DNA of 63,203 nt, filler included, from Lenisia limosa (Eukaryota > Protista > Breviatea): assembly GCA_001655205.1 (NCBI GenBank). It is 10 parts of 10 records of this genome, joined end to end, with 100 filler letters (N's around TTAATTAATTAA, not from the genome) between each part and the next. Parts side by side here need not be neighbours in the genome. Positions count along the whole stretch, not along the records: positions 61,767 to 63,203 come from LPNZ01007445.1; 9 more parts are not named here. One strand, given 5' to 3'. The notes under the pieces were generated by a model. It made no database searches and had not been told where the DNA came from. It was given only the letters and a program-made list of their open reading frames with translations. Shown here piece by piece: positions 61,978-63,203 of the stretch. Position 1 is the first letter of the stretch, and the number at the start of each line of letters is the position of its first letter. The position numbers were made by a program, and so were the translations under genes.

Positions 61978-62895
61978 CGGAGAATTGCGCCTGGGATCCA
62001 AGAGTATGTTCCCTCCATAGACACGTTCCAAGACTAAAAAGGTAAGTCAAAAAGACTAAACAAAAAAGAGAGACGACTTAAATGGAATCAAACCAAGATA
62101 AACGAAACTGACTGAAAATTGTAATTGCAGTGATAGGAAGGAAAAATAATTAAATAAAATATAAAAAAAAGAGGAGGGGGGGGGNNNNNNNNNNNNNNNN
62201 NNNNNNNNNNNNNNNNNNNNNNNNNNNNNNNNNNNNNNNNNNNNNNNNNNNNNNNNNNNNNNNAATTTTTTTAAAAAAAAACACTTCATCAACCCACCCT
62301 GCTTTTGCTGCGAGCGGAATGCCAGAGAGCTGCTAGAGCCTCAACCGCCTTGTGACGCACATTGGGTTTCTTGTCCTGGGGGAGTAAAATTGGAAAATTT
62401 CTGAAACAAAAAAACCCAAATCAGCACACACAACAACAAAACAAACAAAGCCCAGNNNNNNNNNNNNNNNNNNNNNNNNNNNNNNNNNNNNNNNNNNNNN
62501 NNNNNNNNNNNNNNNNNNNNNNNNNNNNNNNATCAACTCTTTTGGTTGTAAATAAACAGGCTTCCTCAAATCAAATAACACCTAATATATCAAAGCACTG
62601 CTCACATGGACCCTATCGCCAAGGGATCTAGCAAGGCTCTGTGAAATGCAGTACGGATCACGGACACCGGCCTCACGCACAGCCTCAATTGCCTAATATG
62701 GTAAGTGTTAATTGCCAAATATGGTAAGTACAATTCCCATAATATGACCGGAGATAGTTACCTAATAGTCAGCAACTGCCAAATAAGGCAACTGCCTAAT
62801 AAGTTGTGTCATTAAGACTACCCGCCAACCTGGAGCCTCACATCAGCAACTTCGTCACGCATTCTGGTGCAGAGGTCAGCTGGAAGGGTAAGGTC
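61978..62895 (-). CDS. PDS5: PDS5-like sister chromatid cohesion protein (HEAT repeats), internal fragment
   Basis: Exons join as RMRDEVADVRLQ|AIEAVREAG...SLGDRVH|DKKPNVRHKAVEALAALW...|...YSWIPGAIL. This matches the PDS5 D-x-x-VR / R-x-RDKK-x-x-VR / WIP-x-x-IL succession as recalled from the family. Confidence 0.65.
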
Positions 62896-63203
62896 CTGTT
62901 TCATACCGCCAATATCTCTTATAAGCGTGATGTGGACGGCTTCGGCAGATACTACATATATTCCAATATCTGTTATAGGTGGACGGCTTCTGCCAGATAT
63001 AACCTTGTTTTATTTCTCATTGGAATATCGCAACACCAGGTACAAAATAGTAAATATTATATTCCCCACTCACAACATAGGCACTCACAACCTAGGTTTA
63101 AATCAAATCCCCACTCACTTAATCAAATCCCTCATAGACACCATTTTTAATCCCCCAACCCACCCGAAGTTCTATGGCGGTGCTGCGGTAAATGAATAAG
63201 AAC

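Noticed and set aside
1-63203. tRNA, rRNA or telomeric repeats; gene-cluster logic across the window
   Set aside because: None were recognisable by eye, and the contigs are artificially joined, so cross-linker synteny carries no information.

Overview
This window is not one locus. It is about 10 short eukaryotic contigs or scaffolds concatenated with an artificial 100-nt linker (44 N + TTAATTAATTAA + 44 N) at 4821, 11655, 17290, 29285, 45395, 50641, 52529, 56794 and 61711, so adjacency across linkers has no meaning. The DNA is from an AT-rich, very intron-dense protist that appears to use the standard code; the lineage is uncertain, though the cyclase architecture is compatible with an amoebozoan. 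Hand-splicing recovered these genes: a DUF229-like protein, an Sfi1-like W-repeat protein, a two-domain membrane guanylyl cyclase with inverted domain order, sideroflexin (complete), guanine deaminase (5' part), cytoplasmic dynein heavy chain (internal part), PDS5 (internal part), and several unknown multi-exon proteins. Contigs 2 and 4 are mostly decayed transposons and pseudogenes, including a tyrosine-recombinase remnant and TIR elements carrying intron-containing cargo. The most striking signal is that one modular repeat family ends exactly at the 3' splice acceptor of about 10 introns in unrelated genes, is mostly in sense orientation, and once supplies a 5' donor when reversed. Many introns also start GT+G-run and end C-run+AG. 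This suggests repeat-built (introner-like) introns. Exon calls were made by eye and no database searches were run.
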